DNA from: a plasmid
Sequence record: NZ_CP096760.1
Length of the DNA stretch: 64,000 nucleotides
Strand: one strand, 5' to 3'
Shown here piece by piece: positions 31,841 to 40,692 of the stretch (its first letter is position 1; the number at the start of each line of letters is the position of its first letter). Both the position numbers and the translations under genes were made by a program. The notes below the pieces were generated by a model. It was not told the origin of the DNA and did no database searches. It saw only the letters and a list, made by a program, of their open reading frames with translations.

Positions 31841-32089
31841 CTAAAACTGCTGATCCAAGTAATCGGCGTATTCCACAGATTTTCTACTTTTCTCTTTAAG
31901 AAGCAAAATAATCTCATTTCTTATGCCTGCAGGAATTGGGCGCTCTCTTGTTATCCATTGTCTAACTCTGCGTGGATCCACATCAATAGCGCGAGCCAAT
32001 TCGCTTTGCCAATGCGTGCCGTAGAGTATTTCACCCGCCTGTCTTAATTCTTCCGGCGTCATGCGAGGCGTATCTTGATCAATCTCCAT
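31841..32089 (-). CDS. small HTH DNA-binding protein (Cro/CI-like or antitoxin-like)
   Basis: LARAIDVDPRRVRQWITRERPIP helix-turn-helix pattern. Confidence 0.6.
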   Translation of the reverse strand: MEIDQDTPRMTPEELRQAGEILYGTHWQSELARAIDVDPRRVRQWITRERPIPAGIRNEIILLLKEKSRKSVEYADYLDQQF

Positions 32090-32147
32090 GATTGCCTTCC
32101 CAGCTTAATTAAGCCATCATATTATCCTATCTATTGATAGGTTCAAG

Positions 32148-32489
32148 TTACAATTGATCAATCAAACATTTGTAGCGATCAATATTTTCCTCGGAATTCT
32201 CAAGCTCTTCCGTCAAGAAAAACCACACCTCGTTGAATATATTCAATTTCTTTTGAACACCGGCTTTTATCATATGTGTAGCCATGCCAATGACAAGAAA
32301 AATTGCTACCCCTATCCAAAATGGCGGGAAAAACAAACAAAGGAACCCGATAATCAAGCAGCCATTTGAAATGTACTTAGTGTTTCTAAAGTTCTTTGTT
32401 TCTACCGAAATGTTTTCTTTTACCTCCGATAGGACGTTATTAAATTCTTCTTCGCCGACAAGTTGTTTAATGTGATCTTTAAGCGTCAT
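32148..32489 (-). CDS. small membrane protein (2 TM)
   Basis: Central hydrophobic hairpin IIGFLCLFFPPFWIGVAIFLVIGMATHMI. Confidence 0.45.
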   Translation of the reverse strand: MTLKDHIKQLVGEEEFNNVLSEVKENISVETKNFRNTKYISNGCLIIGFLCLFFPPFWIGVAIFLVIGMATHMIKAGVQKKLNIFNEVWFFLTEELENSEENIDRYKCLIDQL

Positions 32490-32596
32490 CTTTTCAGGTT
32501 AAAGATCACATGTTTGAGCGCACTCTACAACGAAACATTAAAAACCTGAATCTTATATATCATGATACTGGCTCCTGTTAGGAGCCAAAAACTCAC

Positions 32597-32815
32597 TTAA
32601 GATAGCCAGGTATGCCATACCCCCATTGCAATCATAGTTGCTCCGGTAAAACCGACAATACAATACCAAGCCTGCTTAATCTGCGCGATTACCATTTCCT
32701 GAATATACATGCTATTGGATAGTTGGGTTACCGACGAGCCTTCTAAATCTCTGCCTAAACTTATACCACGGTAGACCGATAACGCTACAAGTGCCATACC
32801 AATCAAGATCAACAT
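32597..32815 (-). CDS. small membrane protein (2 TM)
   Basis: 72 aa, two hydrophobic helices. Confidence 0.45.
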   Translation of the reverse strand: MLILIGMALVALSVYRGISLGRDLEGSSVTQLSNSMYIQEMVIAQIKQAWYCIVGFTGATMIAMGVWHTWLS

Positions 32816-32878
32816 AAGTCACCTCATATGTTCAATGTGATTAGTAGCGATAAATCAAAAAAAGACGTAGTTATAATT

Positions 32879-33259
32879 TTATGAAAGGGAACTAACGAGA
32901 TTTTGAACATTTTTCGCCATCTTCTTAATATCCTCATCAGCCCGATTTACTTTAAATTCTAGTCGCTCAAGCGTAGTGGTAAGGCTTAAATATTTTTCTC
33001 GTTCTTCATCGGTTAAGATAGAAATAAAGGCGTCCTCTGGAGACATTGTAGTAAGTCTCGTTTGGTGCATATCCAAGTTTGCTCGTGCCTCAGATGCCTT
33101 CGCGGAAAGCTGGCGTAATCTAGCAGCCTTATTTCTTTCATTCTGCAACGCCGTAAATTTTGACATGAGTGAAAGAATCAGCAAAGCACCTAAAACAATA
33201 ATTACAGCAAGCATGTAATAGACACTCCCTAATGACATATGCCCATTATAGTAACCCAA
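32879..33259 (-). CDS. N-terminally membrane-anchored coiled-coil protein
   Basis: TM helix YYMLAVIIVLGALLILSL followed by a charged helical region. Confidence 0.45.
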   Translation of the reverse strand: MGYYNGHMSLGSVYYMLAVIIVLGALLILSLMSKFTALQNERNKAARLRQLSAKASEARANLDMHQTRLTTMSPEDAFISILTDEEREKYLSLTTTLERLEFKVNRADEDIKKMAKNVQNLVSSLS

Positions 33260-33779
33260 AACAGCTTAAAAACAGGCAAAATATGTTAAAAATCAGGCTA
33301 ATCCGCGATAATTTGAATAGTGGTATATAAAATAATATAAACTACAACTTAGTTAATTGATTTTTAAGGCATTTTTATAGACTTTATCCTCGGCATTTTC
33401 CTTCAGGCAATTAAAGCTGATTTTGGTGTGAATTAATCGTTTTTATAACTCTACTCTATTTCGCGTTTTTAGAGCGTTTTAAGCAATTTTAAGCATAAGA
33501 TATAAAGAGAGTCGTCTAAAGATGAAAAATGCGAAATACGCGAAACGGTGAAGAAATACGATAGCTTTTATGCCGGTTTGAAAGATACATGAGAAGAATC
33601 TCTAAAAACCCAAGTGAACCGCGCCTACATTTCCGAGAATAAGAAATATAAGAATGTTCTAAGAAAGTATATTTATATAATCGAAAACTCTCGGAATACC
33701 CAAGTACACCCAAGTCTCGGTAAACGTAGAGATAGAGATACGCGGCTAAAGAAAATCCTCAAACATATAAGAAGTGATA

Positions 33780-34460
33780 GAAATAAACATCAATATAGGC
33801 AAACACTTATGCACCAATACTTATAGAAATGTAGAAACCTAGATAGATAGAAATATCGAGGAAATATACAAGCAATCTATCTATATAGAAATGTAGAAAA
33901 CTAGCAATACACAAAGCCAATCATATAGAGATAAAGAACAAGTAAAACTGTGTAGTAATGTAGAAATCTATATAGATAGATAACAATAGAACTATACGGA
34001 TAGACATAGGTAAGCGTAGATAGAGATAGAACAGGTATAAGGAAAATAGCTCAATATTTATCTATATAGATATGTAGATAGATAAACAGGTATAAGGAGA
34101 GAGATAGAGGATATTAAGCACTTAATAGAGAGATAAGACGGTAAAACAAAGGCGAACGGAGTGAGCCAAAGAATTGTGTGTTTCAATCAATCGTCTTCCT
34201 AGCCATTCCTTTGACCAACAGAAAATATAAAAATCAAAACTTCGGGCGACATTCTTATTTTTATAACCAAGCACACCACGGCGCACATAGGTAAGCCGGT
34301 CAGCTTCACTTCCAGATTAGCCCATACCACTATTATACCTGCACCTCTCTATCTAGGGTTGAGGCAATGCACCAATCGCCACACATCGCCATCAACCAAT
34401 AGGTATGCCTAGGCACTTATGTAGAAATATAGAAATCTATCTACACAGCTATATAAATGG
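33780..34460. repeat. non-coding iteron-like repeat field (TATAGAAATGTAGAAA x3 at about 61-70 bp spacing; TAGATAGATA; ACAGGTATAAGGA x2; GTAGAAATATAGAAATCTATCTA)
   Basis: No ORF over 70 aa across about 1.3 kb (33260-34540). Repeat copies at 33823, 33884, 33955, 34031, 34086, 34421. Related copies at 29990-30060 and 30491-30535. Confidence 0.55.
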
Positions 34461-34540
34461 ATTTTTAGTTTTCTAGCTTTGTTTCCTGCTCTATCTCTAT
34501 ACACTGTTATGCATCTAAGTACACATAGAGTTTTACAGTC

Positions 34541-34747
34541 ATGCCTATAAAACAAAACGAGCTAATGAGCGAGATGGTTAATGCAATCACTACACGCCTT
34601 AACGACCTCTATATTCAGTATTACAACGACTTTTTAAGCGTTGAGGCATTTGCACGTTATCACGGTCTATCTATAGAGGATATGCAAAAGCTGATTGATT
34701 TGGGCAGACATGTGAATCACAACAGTCTTTGGAAAGAGGATAAGTAA
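34541..34747 (+). CDS. hypothetical small protein
   Basis: 68-aa ORF inside repeat-bounded module. Confidence 0.35.
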   Translation: MPIKQNELMSEMVNAITTRLNDLYIQYYNDFLSVEAFARYHGLSIEDMQKLIDLGRHVNHNSLWKEDK

Positions 34748-34914
34748 TCATGTTATTTATTCATCCTGAATTACGCGCTAATGATTGAAGTTAGCGGTAT
34801 TGGTATTCGAAAATTTAAAGTTATTCCATTGCCAGCGTAAAGTTGGCTTTTTGACGCTGTACCACGGCATACCAAGGCAAAAATAGGACAAACATGGCAT
34901 GCCTAGGGGTTTAC

Positions 34915-35320
34915 AATCTAGTGAGCGCTTACTATACTTCTGCCAAATGGGTTTTGGGTTGAGATTTTCTCCCCGACGCGATTTGCTTGATGGGGGTCGT
35001 GGCTTATACCGTGTCAGTGGTTTGCACTGTAAAGAAAAGTTCCTTTTCTTGTGGTGGAAATTGGCTAGGTTAGGTTACGTCTCCCCAAACTCTCTCCAAG
35101 ATTTTCTAGGCAAAATTCTATGGGGGGGTTTGGGGGGGCGTTCCTTAACGTTAGTGGTTTCCGCTGTAAGAAAAGGGCATACCAAAATATAGAATATGGA
35201 ATTTGAAAAATTAAAAACATTTCCTTAGAATTCCAAATCTATCGAATTAACATAACTTACAACAACTCTGCGTCTGAAAAACTCCTTTGCCCGACGTCCC
35301 TCTAGGTCGGGCTTTTTTTA
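34915..35320 (+). ncRNA. candidate non-coding RNA (promoter-motif variant to intrinsic terminator, no convincing ORF)
   Basis: Motif variant AATCTAGTGAGCGCTTACTATAC at 34915-34940. GC-rich structured body with internal repeat GT(C/T)AGTGGTTT(G/C)C(A/G)CTGTAA(A)GAAAAG at about 35020 and 35150. Runs of G. Strong terminator GCCCGACGTCCCTCTAGGTCGGGC+T7 at 35288-35320. The only ORF (34899..35192) has low-complexity G/L/R composition. Confidence 0.3.
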
Positions 35321-35479
35321 TGCTGGATCTTCAAAAATTCGCGGCGCGCATATTGAAAATTAAATTTCCCCACCTAAATACATGAATTAGTGAAATGCAA
35401 ACTTACATTAACTAAATTTTGTTACACCTATTTCTTCTTGCTAATATTTTCTTCAACTAAATAAACAAGGAGTTTAATA

Positions 35480-35905
35480 ATGCTAGTTAAGCGGAAAATG
35501 CTGAAAATTCGTCGCCTTGCAAGTAAAGGTAAATTAGCTCAATGGGGCTTTATATCAGCGAACCAAGCGCAAAAGATTGGGCTAGACAACGGTTTTGTCG
35601 TGATTCTTTCATTATTGCAGGGCAAACAGGTAGAACCGAAATTTACCCGCTATAAACTCAGTGATGATATCGGCAGCGAATATGGGATTGAAACGGATGC
35701 CGACCTTTCATCCATAGATCAAAGCATCATTGATGCCATTGGTGTAGCGGTCGGTGATATTTATGATGCTGCGGTAAATTATGATGAGAAAACCGCCTAT
35801 GAAGATGAGCGGGAAGATTTCGAGCGTACCAATCTCATGTTTATAGATATTGAGACTGGTCATGCCTATGACTCAAATCTTAATGAAGCGGTAGGATGGG
35901 CATAG
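35480..35905 (+). CDS. hypothetical acidic protein
   Basis: 141 aa; good RBS AAGGAG at 35468. Confidence 0.45.
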   Translation: MLVKRKMLKIRRLASKGKLAQWGFISANQAQKIGLDNGFVVILSLLQGKQVEPKFTRYKLSDDIGSEYGIETDADLSSIDQSIIDAIGVAVGDIYDAAVNYDEKTAYEDEREDFERTNLMFIDIETGHAYDSNLNEAVGWA

Positions 35906-36196
35906 GCTCATCCTAATATTCCAAAACAGCCCACCAAAAAAAATCAAAACTTTGGCCGACATCCTATTTTTATAACCAAGCGCCACGCATCTATATAACC
36001 AAAGAGCGCCTAGCAGCTCCTTGGAATGCCACCTTCTTATCTTTAACAACCAAGGCAGACCTAGGACTCTAATCACTACCGGGTGCGCGCCCGAACCTCA
36101 AGAAAAACCGCCAGCAAACAACCCAATGCATGCCTAGAGAATGTCTGTATAAAGCATATAGATGAAACGCGCACGCACGCGAATAGCGGAGTTTAT

Positions 36197-36309
36197 TTAT
36201 TAGTGCAAGTTTTTTATTAATGAAAATATCGATTAAATTTTATTTGCACTAAATAACTTTCAATCAATAAAAAACTTGCACTAAATTTTTATTTGCACTA
36301 ATATTTAAT
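36197..36309 (+). promoter_or_regulatory. operator-like array of 9-bp TTGCACTAA sites (3 direct + 1 inverted)
   Basis: TTAGTGCAA at 36200-36208. TTGCACTAA at 36244-36252, 36276-36284, 36293-36301. AT-rich, immediately upstream of ORF 36346. Confidence 0.45.
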
Positions 36310-36345
36310 CAAGCAATAAAGCTTACTAACAAAAGGTCAAAAATC

Positions 36346-37146
36346 ATGAATGCACAAGTTAAAAACACAGAAATTCTAAACATCTTTGCAGACGTTAATT
36401 TTTCAGCTCATGAAGCACGTAATGCAATAGTTATAGATCAAGAGACAATAAAAGCGTATGCAAGACAGCAGAAAGTAACGAGCAAAGCAGTAGCAGTACA
36501 GCTTGATATAGCAAACGCGATCATAAACCGTATGAATAACAAGCTTGAGACAGAACAAAAAATATCAAGCACGTTATTCAGTGACTTAAAAGAAGCATGT
36601 TCACGCTCTATGCTTAATAAAATAGACACGCTTCAAAAAGCTAAGTTTGATTTATCAGATCTAGCAACAATCATCGCTCACACTGATAAATCACACATTG
36701 ACTTTGTACAAGTGAAAGTCATTAGAAAAATCTTTCAAGCGATTACAGCTATCGCTGAAAACGACAGACGCAAGCTAGACGGTTACACAATGTCAATCTT
36801 GCTAAACTTATTACAGTACGGTTCACTTACGGTTAATGAATGTCGTTTATGCTGCACTACTGAAATACGCGCACAGTCGCATGAAAAGAAAGTAAGACAG
36901 TATTACTTATCAGCGCACAGCACAGCATCATCACAAGCGTCTAGCTCACGTATGACACTGAGAGCGCTTAATATCTGTAACGTTGTGAAGTCTGTAAAAG
37001 ACAGTGAAATAACGTTTAATGAAAATTCTCAGTTTATTGAAGCAGTATTGTCATTCTTACAAATGAAAGAGAATACACAACAAGAATTAGAGCGCGTACA
37101 GCATGACATTAAGAAAGAGTTAAGCGAAAAACAAGCAAGCGCATAA
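36346..37146 (+). CDS. hypothetical protein (possible regulator/replication-associated; function not recognisable)
   Basis: 266-aa ORF downstream of operator-like array and iteron field. Confidence 0.5.
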   Translation: MNAQVKNTEILNIFADVNFSAHEARNAIVIDQETIKAYARQQKVTSKAVAVQLDIANAIINRMNNKLETEQKISSTLFSDLKEACSRSMLNKIDTLQKAKFDLSDLATIIAHTDKSHIDFVQVKVIRKIFQAITAIAENDRRKLDGYTMSILLNLLQYGSLTVNECRLCCTTEIRAQSHEKKVRQYYLSAHSTASSQASSSRMTLRALNICNVVKSVKDSEITFNENSQFIEAVLSFLQMKENTQQELERVQHDIKKELSEKQASA

Positions 37147-37160
37147 TTTAGTAATCAGCG

Positions 37161-37184
37161 ATATTAGTAAGCACTTACTAATAT
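37161..37184 (+). promoter_or_regulatory. palindromic motif ATATTAGTAAGCACTTACTAATAT
   Basis: 15 nt after stop of 36346..37146. A related 34-bp palindrome with 15-bp perfect arms, AAAGAAATATAGTAA-GTGA-TTACTATATTTCTTT, lies at 37291-37324. Confidence 0.45.
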
Positions 37185-37539
37185 CACTCTAATAGAGAGT
37201 AAGAACATGATTAGCAACGAACATAAACTATTAATCGCTGTGTTAATTATGAGACAAGATAACAAGCGTAATAAGTGAACATGCAAAGATAAAGAAATAT
37301 AGTAAGTGATTACTATATTTCTTTATATATTAATATCGAAGTCCTAGAAAAAATGCGAATGTGTCGGGTGCATAGCCTGTGTCAATCGCGACCATTTTCC
37401 AAACACCCTTTCACCACCAGGCCTATATAACAAATACTTTACCCTTGCGCCGCTTAAATCCATACACTTATCCTTGTCCCAGTACGCCATGTCCATTATT
37501 CTTTTCAGGACGACTTTCTAATAATATTTAAGGATCAAT

Positions 37540-38109
37540 ATGAAAAGATTTTTTTTGGCTACTTTGATTTTAGTTTGTTCAAATGCAATGGCAGAAGGGG
37601 AGGGCCCGTTCGCCGAGTACACCGTGAAACCGAGCGAATCATTAAATGATATAGCCAAGCGTAACGGGACCACGTGGGCAAAGCTGGCAGAAGACAATGA
37701 TCTCCCTGATCCACCAACTGTTTATGTTGGGCAAAAGCTGGCAATCATGAAAAAGATGAATAAGGACGAATATCTGGCTGCGATTGCAAAGACCCGACCA
37801 ACGTGCTCAAGCAAAGAAGAATGTGACAAGAAAATGGAAGCTGCTCATTTGTGGGTGAGTAAATACGCTGATTACAAGATCAGAAGTTCAAATAACGTAT
37901 TAATCGAAACATACGCTCCGCGCGAGTTCACTGGTGAGATCATCGTAAAGGTTTCTAAGGAGCCTTATGGGAAGGGAACCTATGCGATCGTGGCCAACAT
38001 GTCATGCAATAATCCGAATATGACTAAGCCTTATGACTCGATGACCAGTTGCAAGAGAAACGTTTATAAGGAAATTATTAAGTTCAACGATTTCGTTAGT
38101 TCTTATTAG
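37540..38109 (+). CDS. secreted LysM-domain protein
   Basis: Signal peptide MKRFFLATLILVCSNAMA. LysM YTVKPSESLNDIAKRNGTTWAKLAEDNDLPDPPTVYVGQKLAI. Confidence 0.6.
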   Translation: MKRFFLATLILVCSNAMAEGEGPFAEYTVKPSESLNDIAKRNGTTWAKLAEDNDLPDPPTVYVGQKLAIMKKMNKDEYLAAIAKTRPTCSSKEECDKKMEAAHLWVSKYADYKIRSSNNVLIETYAPREFTGEIIVKVSKEPYGKGTYAIVANMSCNNPNMTKPYDSMTSCKRNVYKEIIKFNDFVSSY

Positions 38110-38143
38110 CTTTAAGCTATTTGACCAAGTATAGAGGGAAAAG

Positions 38144-38422
38144 ATGGCTTCAAAGGATGATTTAAATTATGTTGCTTACCACATTATCGAAATTCTGGAA
38201 GAACAGGGTTTAGATAATTCTTATATTAACGAAAAAATAGATCGTCTTTACGAATTCGGCGAAAATAAAGCCGCTACATTGCTTTGGGCTTCAAACCAGC
38301 TCGATAGTAGAAATTTTAGATTACTTTTGGGCAAACTTAATTTAACTCCCGATCAAGTAAAGATATTTTGTCGCGTATTGAACAAGCTGAAAAAATATTT
38401 GGGCTACAATTTATTGAGCTAA
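38144..38422 (+). CDS. hypothetical protein
   Basis: 92-aa ORF with RBS GAGGGAAAAG. Confidence 0.4.
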   Translation: MASKDDLNYVAYHIIEILEEQGLDNSYINEKIDRLYEFGENKAATLLWASNQLDSRNFRLLLGKLNLTPDQVKIFCRVLNKLKKYLGYNLLS

Positions 38423-38485
38423 GCTTTTTAATTACCTATGATATTCCGAATAAATTAATGCCCCATATATCACTTGGGGCATTTC

Positions 38486-38791
38486 TTACTGCACTTGGCC
38501 AGATTTAATTAACTCTAGCGCTTTTTTCTTCAATTCCTTCCTACGCTCTTTTTCAGCAATCTTTTCTTCGCGAATGGCTTCAATATGCACACCGAAAAGC
38601 TGATCAGACAGATTGCCACTTTCAAGCAAACGTGCAAAAGCGTCAACAATCTCGCCTTGAGTGAGTTTATGCTGTTTTGCCATATTTTCTAAGGTCTGGA
38701 TTGTCTCTGGACGCAAAGTGATGGATGTTCGAACTAAACCTTTTTCTTTATAAAATTTGGAAGAGTTAGTAGCTGCCATTATTTGCTCCAA
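38486..38791 (-). CDS. ribbon-helix-helix (Arc/CopG/ParG-like) DNA-binding protein
   Basis: Beta-strand RTSITLRPE followed by two helices (TIQTLENMAKQHKLTQGEIVDAFARL). Confidence 0.5.
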   Translation of the reverse strand: MEQIMAATNSSKFYKEKGLVRTSITLRPETIQTLENMAKQHKLTQGEIVDAFARLLESGNLSDQLFGVHIEAIREEKIAEKERRKELKKKALELIKSGQVQ

Positions 38792-38904
38792 TTAAAATTT
38801 GATGAAAATTAAAACTTGCATATTATAGTTATTATTGCATTGATCACGCTGAAATACCACAAAATAAAACGGGCTTGCCCAAAACATTGAACAAGCCCAG
38901 AACA

Positions 38905-40614
38905 CTATGCAGCTTTTTTGAAACCGAGCTTTTCAAACTCGAAATTCGCAACGATATTCTCGCCAAAGCCGGGTGTTTCTCTGATGATCTGTAAACGCTG
39001 TCTAGCGTGAGATTTGAGCGTTGAATTGTGCTGGTCTGTGAAATCAACAATAAACGCAACGTTTGGACCGAATTTCTTAGCACGTAACCCGCGCCCAATA
39101 CGCTGGCGTAAGGCAACTTCCGCTTTCCCACCACCGGCAAGAATAATCAACCCGACAGCAGGGACATCCACACCCACATCAAGAATTGTTGTTCCAATCA
39201 GTACATCAATATCCTTATTGGCAAGTTCGGTGAGCGCAGATTTACGTTCTCCCTGATCATCTTCACCGCGAATATATCTCGCTCTGATACCTATATCGTC
39301 AAACAGCTTCAATAGGGTGTCGCCATGCGAGGTATGCTGGACGAGAACCATCGCCGTCATGCCATATTCACGGGCTTTGAGAATTTCCATACAGATGGCA
39401 TTGTTCCGCTCTTCGTTTTGCACGATTCCCAAGCGATAGGCAGCTTGCCAAGGGGTAATAGAGTGTAATTTGGCTGGCTTTTTCTTCAATTCGACGATTT
39501 TGAAGTAAGGCTTAGCAAGGATTCCGCGATCAATCAGCATTTTTTCCGTAACCTTGATGGCAATCGGTCCGGAACAAGCCATCAAACGCATATTTGACTC
39601 TTGGCTTTCACGCATGAACGGCGTTCCGGTCAATGCCAAGCGGTAATAGGCGTTTTTACAGTGGCGCATGATCTCGTAATACGAATTTCCACCTGCCTCA
39701 TGTGCTTCTTCGAGAATTACGAACTCAAAAAGCTCCAAAAGCTTGATGGTTTGCTGTCTTACGAGTGATTTTTCCTTGAATTTTGCTTCTGCCTTAGCTT
39801 GCATCGCTGGCGCCTTGTCCTGAAGCTCCTTTTCATGTTGCAGTGCAAGGTTATGAAGCACTTTTTTGATTTCGGACTCGACTTTACCGACCTTAATTAG
39901 CTGTTTTTTAGTGTCCGAAATCTCTTTTTCGTGTTTTTTGACTACGTTGTCATAAAGGATCTGAAATTCCTTCTCTAAAGTCGTCTCTTCCAGCTTGGCG
40001 GCGAGGGTTTGAACCATTCCGACCGTCATTTTCTTGATGGAGAGCTGACCTTTTTCATTCACCTGTCCAAAACTGCCATCACCAATGACCGAACATGCAA
40101 CGCCATTTGCTTCGAATGCATCTTTCATCTGATACATCAGAATCGAACGGGTTGTTAAAAACAAGGTAGGGCGGTTAATTCGGGCCTGACACAACATGGC
40201 AATGCGTGATTTACCGCCACCAGTAGCGACTTGAGCGATAATCTGGCCATGACGTACAAGACGATCCATAACTTCCGGCTGGTAATCGTAACGAGGGTCA
40301 TATCCGTAACTATCTACCACTGGTCGGGCAGGTCCAAGTGGAGCGGGGAGGGGTTTTCGTGCGAGTTTTACTTCAAAACCTGCCTTCTTGAGTCGATCCG
40401 TAACATGGACTACAAATCCTGCTGGAAAAGAGCACTTGGCAAAGTCAAAAAATGACGATCTGCCATCCCAACGGTGCTGTCTAAACGCTAGAGTTTCTTC
40501 GGCGCCATCCACCAAATAACTAAGCGCCGACTGTACTTCAAGTTTCGCCTCAACAGGAGGCTTGTGTAGGATGGCATTTACGGCGTCATAAGCGATTGTT
40601 ACAACTTTTCCCAT
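38905..40614 (-). CDS. superfamily-2 DEAD/DEAH-box DNA helicase
   Basis: Motif I AQVATGGGKS. Motif II LEEAHE. Motif VI QRIGRGLR. 569 aa. Confidence 0.8.
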   Translation of the reverse strand: MGKVVTIAYDAVNAILHKPPVEAKLEVQSALSYLVDGAEETLAFRQHRWDGRSSFFDFAKCSFPAGFVVHVTDRLKKAGFEVKLARKPLPAPLGPARPVVDSYGYDPRYDYQPEVMDRLVRHGQIIAQVATGGGKSRIAMLCQARINRPTLFLTTRSILMYQMKDAFEANGVACSVIGDGSFGQVNEKGQLSIKKMTVGMVQTLAAKLEETTLEKEFQILYDNVVKKHEKEISDTKKQLIKVGKVESEIKKVLHNLALQHEKELQDKAPAMQAKAEAKFKEKSLVRQQTIKLLELFEFVILEEAHEAGGNSYYEIMRHCKNAYYRLALTGTPFMRESQESNMRLMACSGPIAIKVTEKMLIDRGILAKPYFKIVELKKKPAKLHSITPWQAAYRLGIVQNEERNNAICMEILKAREYGMTAMVLVQHTSHGDTLLKLFDDIGIRARYIRGEDDQGERKSALTELANKDIDVLIGTTILDVGVDVPAVGLIILAGGGKAEVALRQRIGRGLRAKKFGPNVAFIVDFTDQHNSTLKSHARQRLQIIRETPGFGENIVANFEFEKLGFKKAA

Positions 40615-40650
40615 TTCAATACCTTTTGCATTTGCTTAATATTTGGCTTA

Positions 40651-40677
40651 AATTATAAGTAAGCACTTACTAATATT
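40651..40677 (+). promoter_or_regulatory. palindromic promoter motif AATTATAAGTAAGCACTTACTAATATT
   Basis: In divergent intergenic region between helicase (-) and ParB-like gene (+). TAATAT -10-like, 16 nt before ATG 40693. Confidence 0.5.
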
Positions 40678-40692
40678 TCAAAGTAGTTTCCT

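Noticed and set aside
31802-32047. 81-aa plus-strand ORF
   Set aside because: Starts inside the bidirectional terminator and is antisense to the better-supported HTH gene 31841..32089.
33780-34140. Possible CRISPR-like array because of regularly spaced short repeats
   Set aside because: Repeats are only about 13-16 bp, degenerate and AT-rich. Spacing (about 61-70 bp) and lack of any cas genes fit iterons/operator arrays rather than CRISPR.
34899-35192. 97-aa ORF as a protein-coding gene
   Set aside because: Low-complexity G/L/R-rich translation, no RBS, embedded in G-runs and repeats. Treated as a non-coding RNA candidate instead.
37540-38109. LysM protein as the endolysin
   Set aside because: Has a signal peptide and LysM domain but no recognisable catalytic (lysozyme/amidase/peptidase) motif; more likely a secreted peptidoglycan-binding accessory protein.
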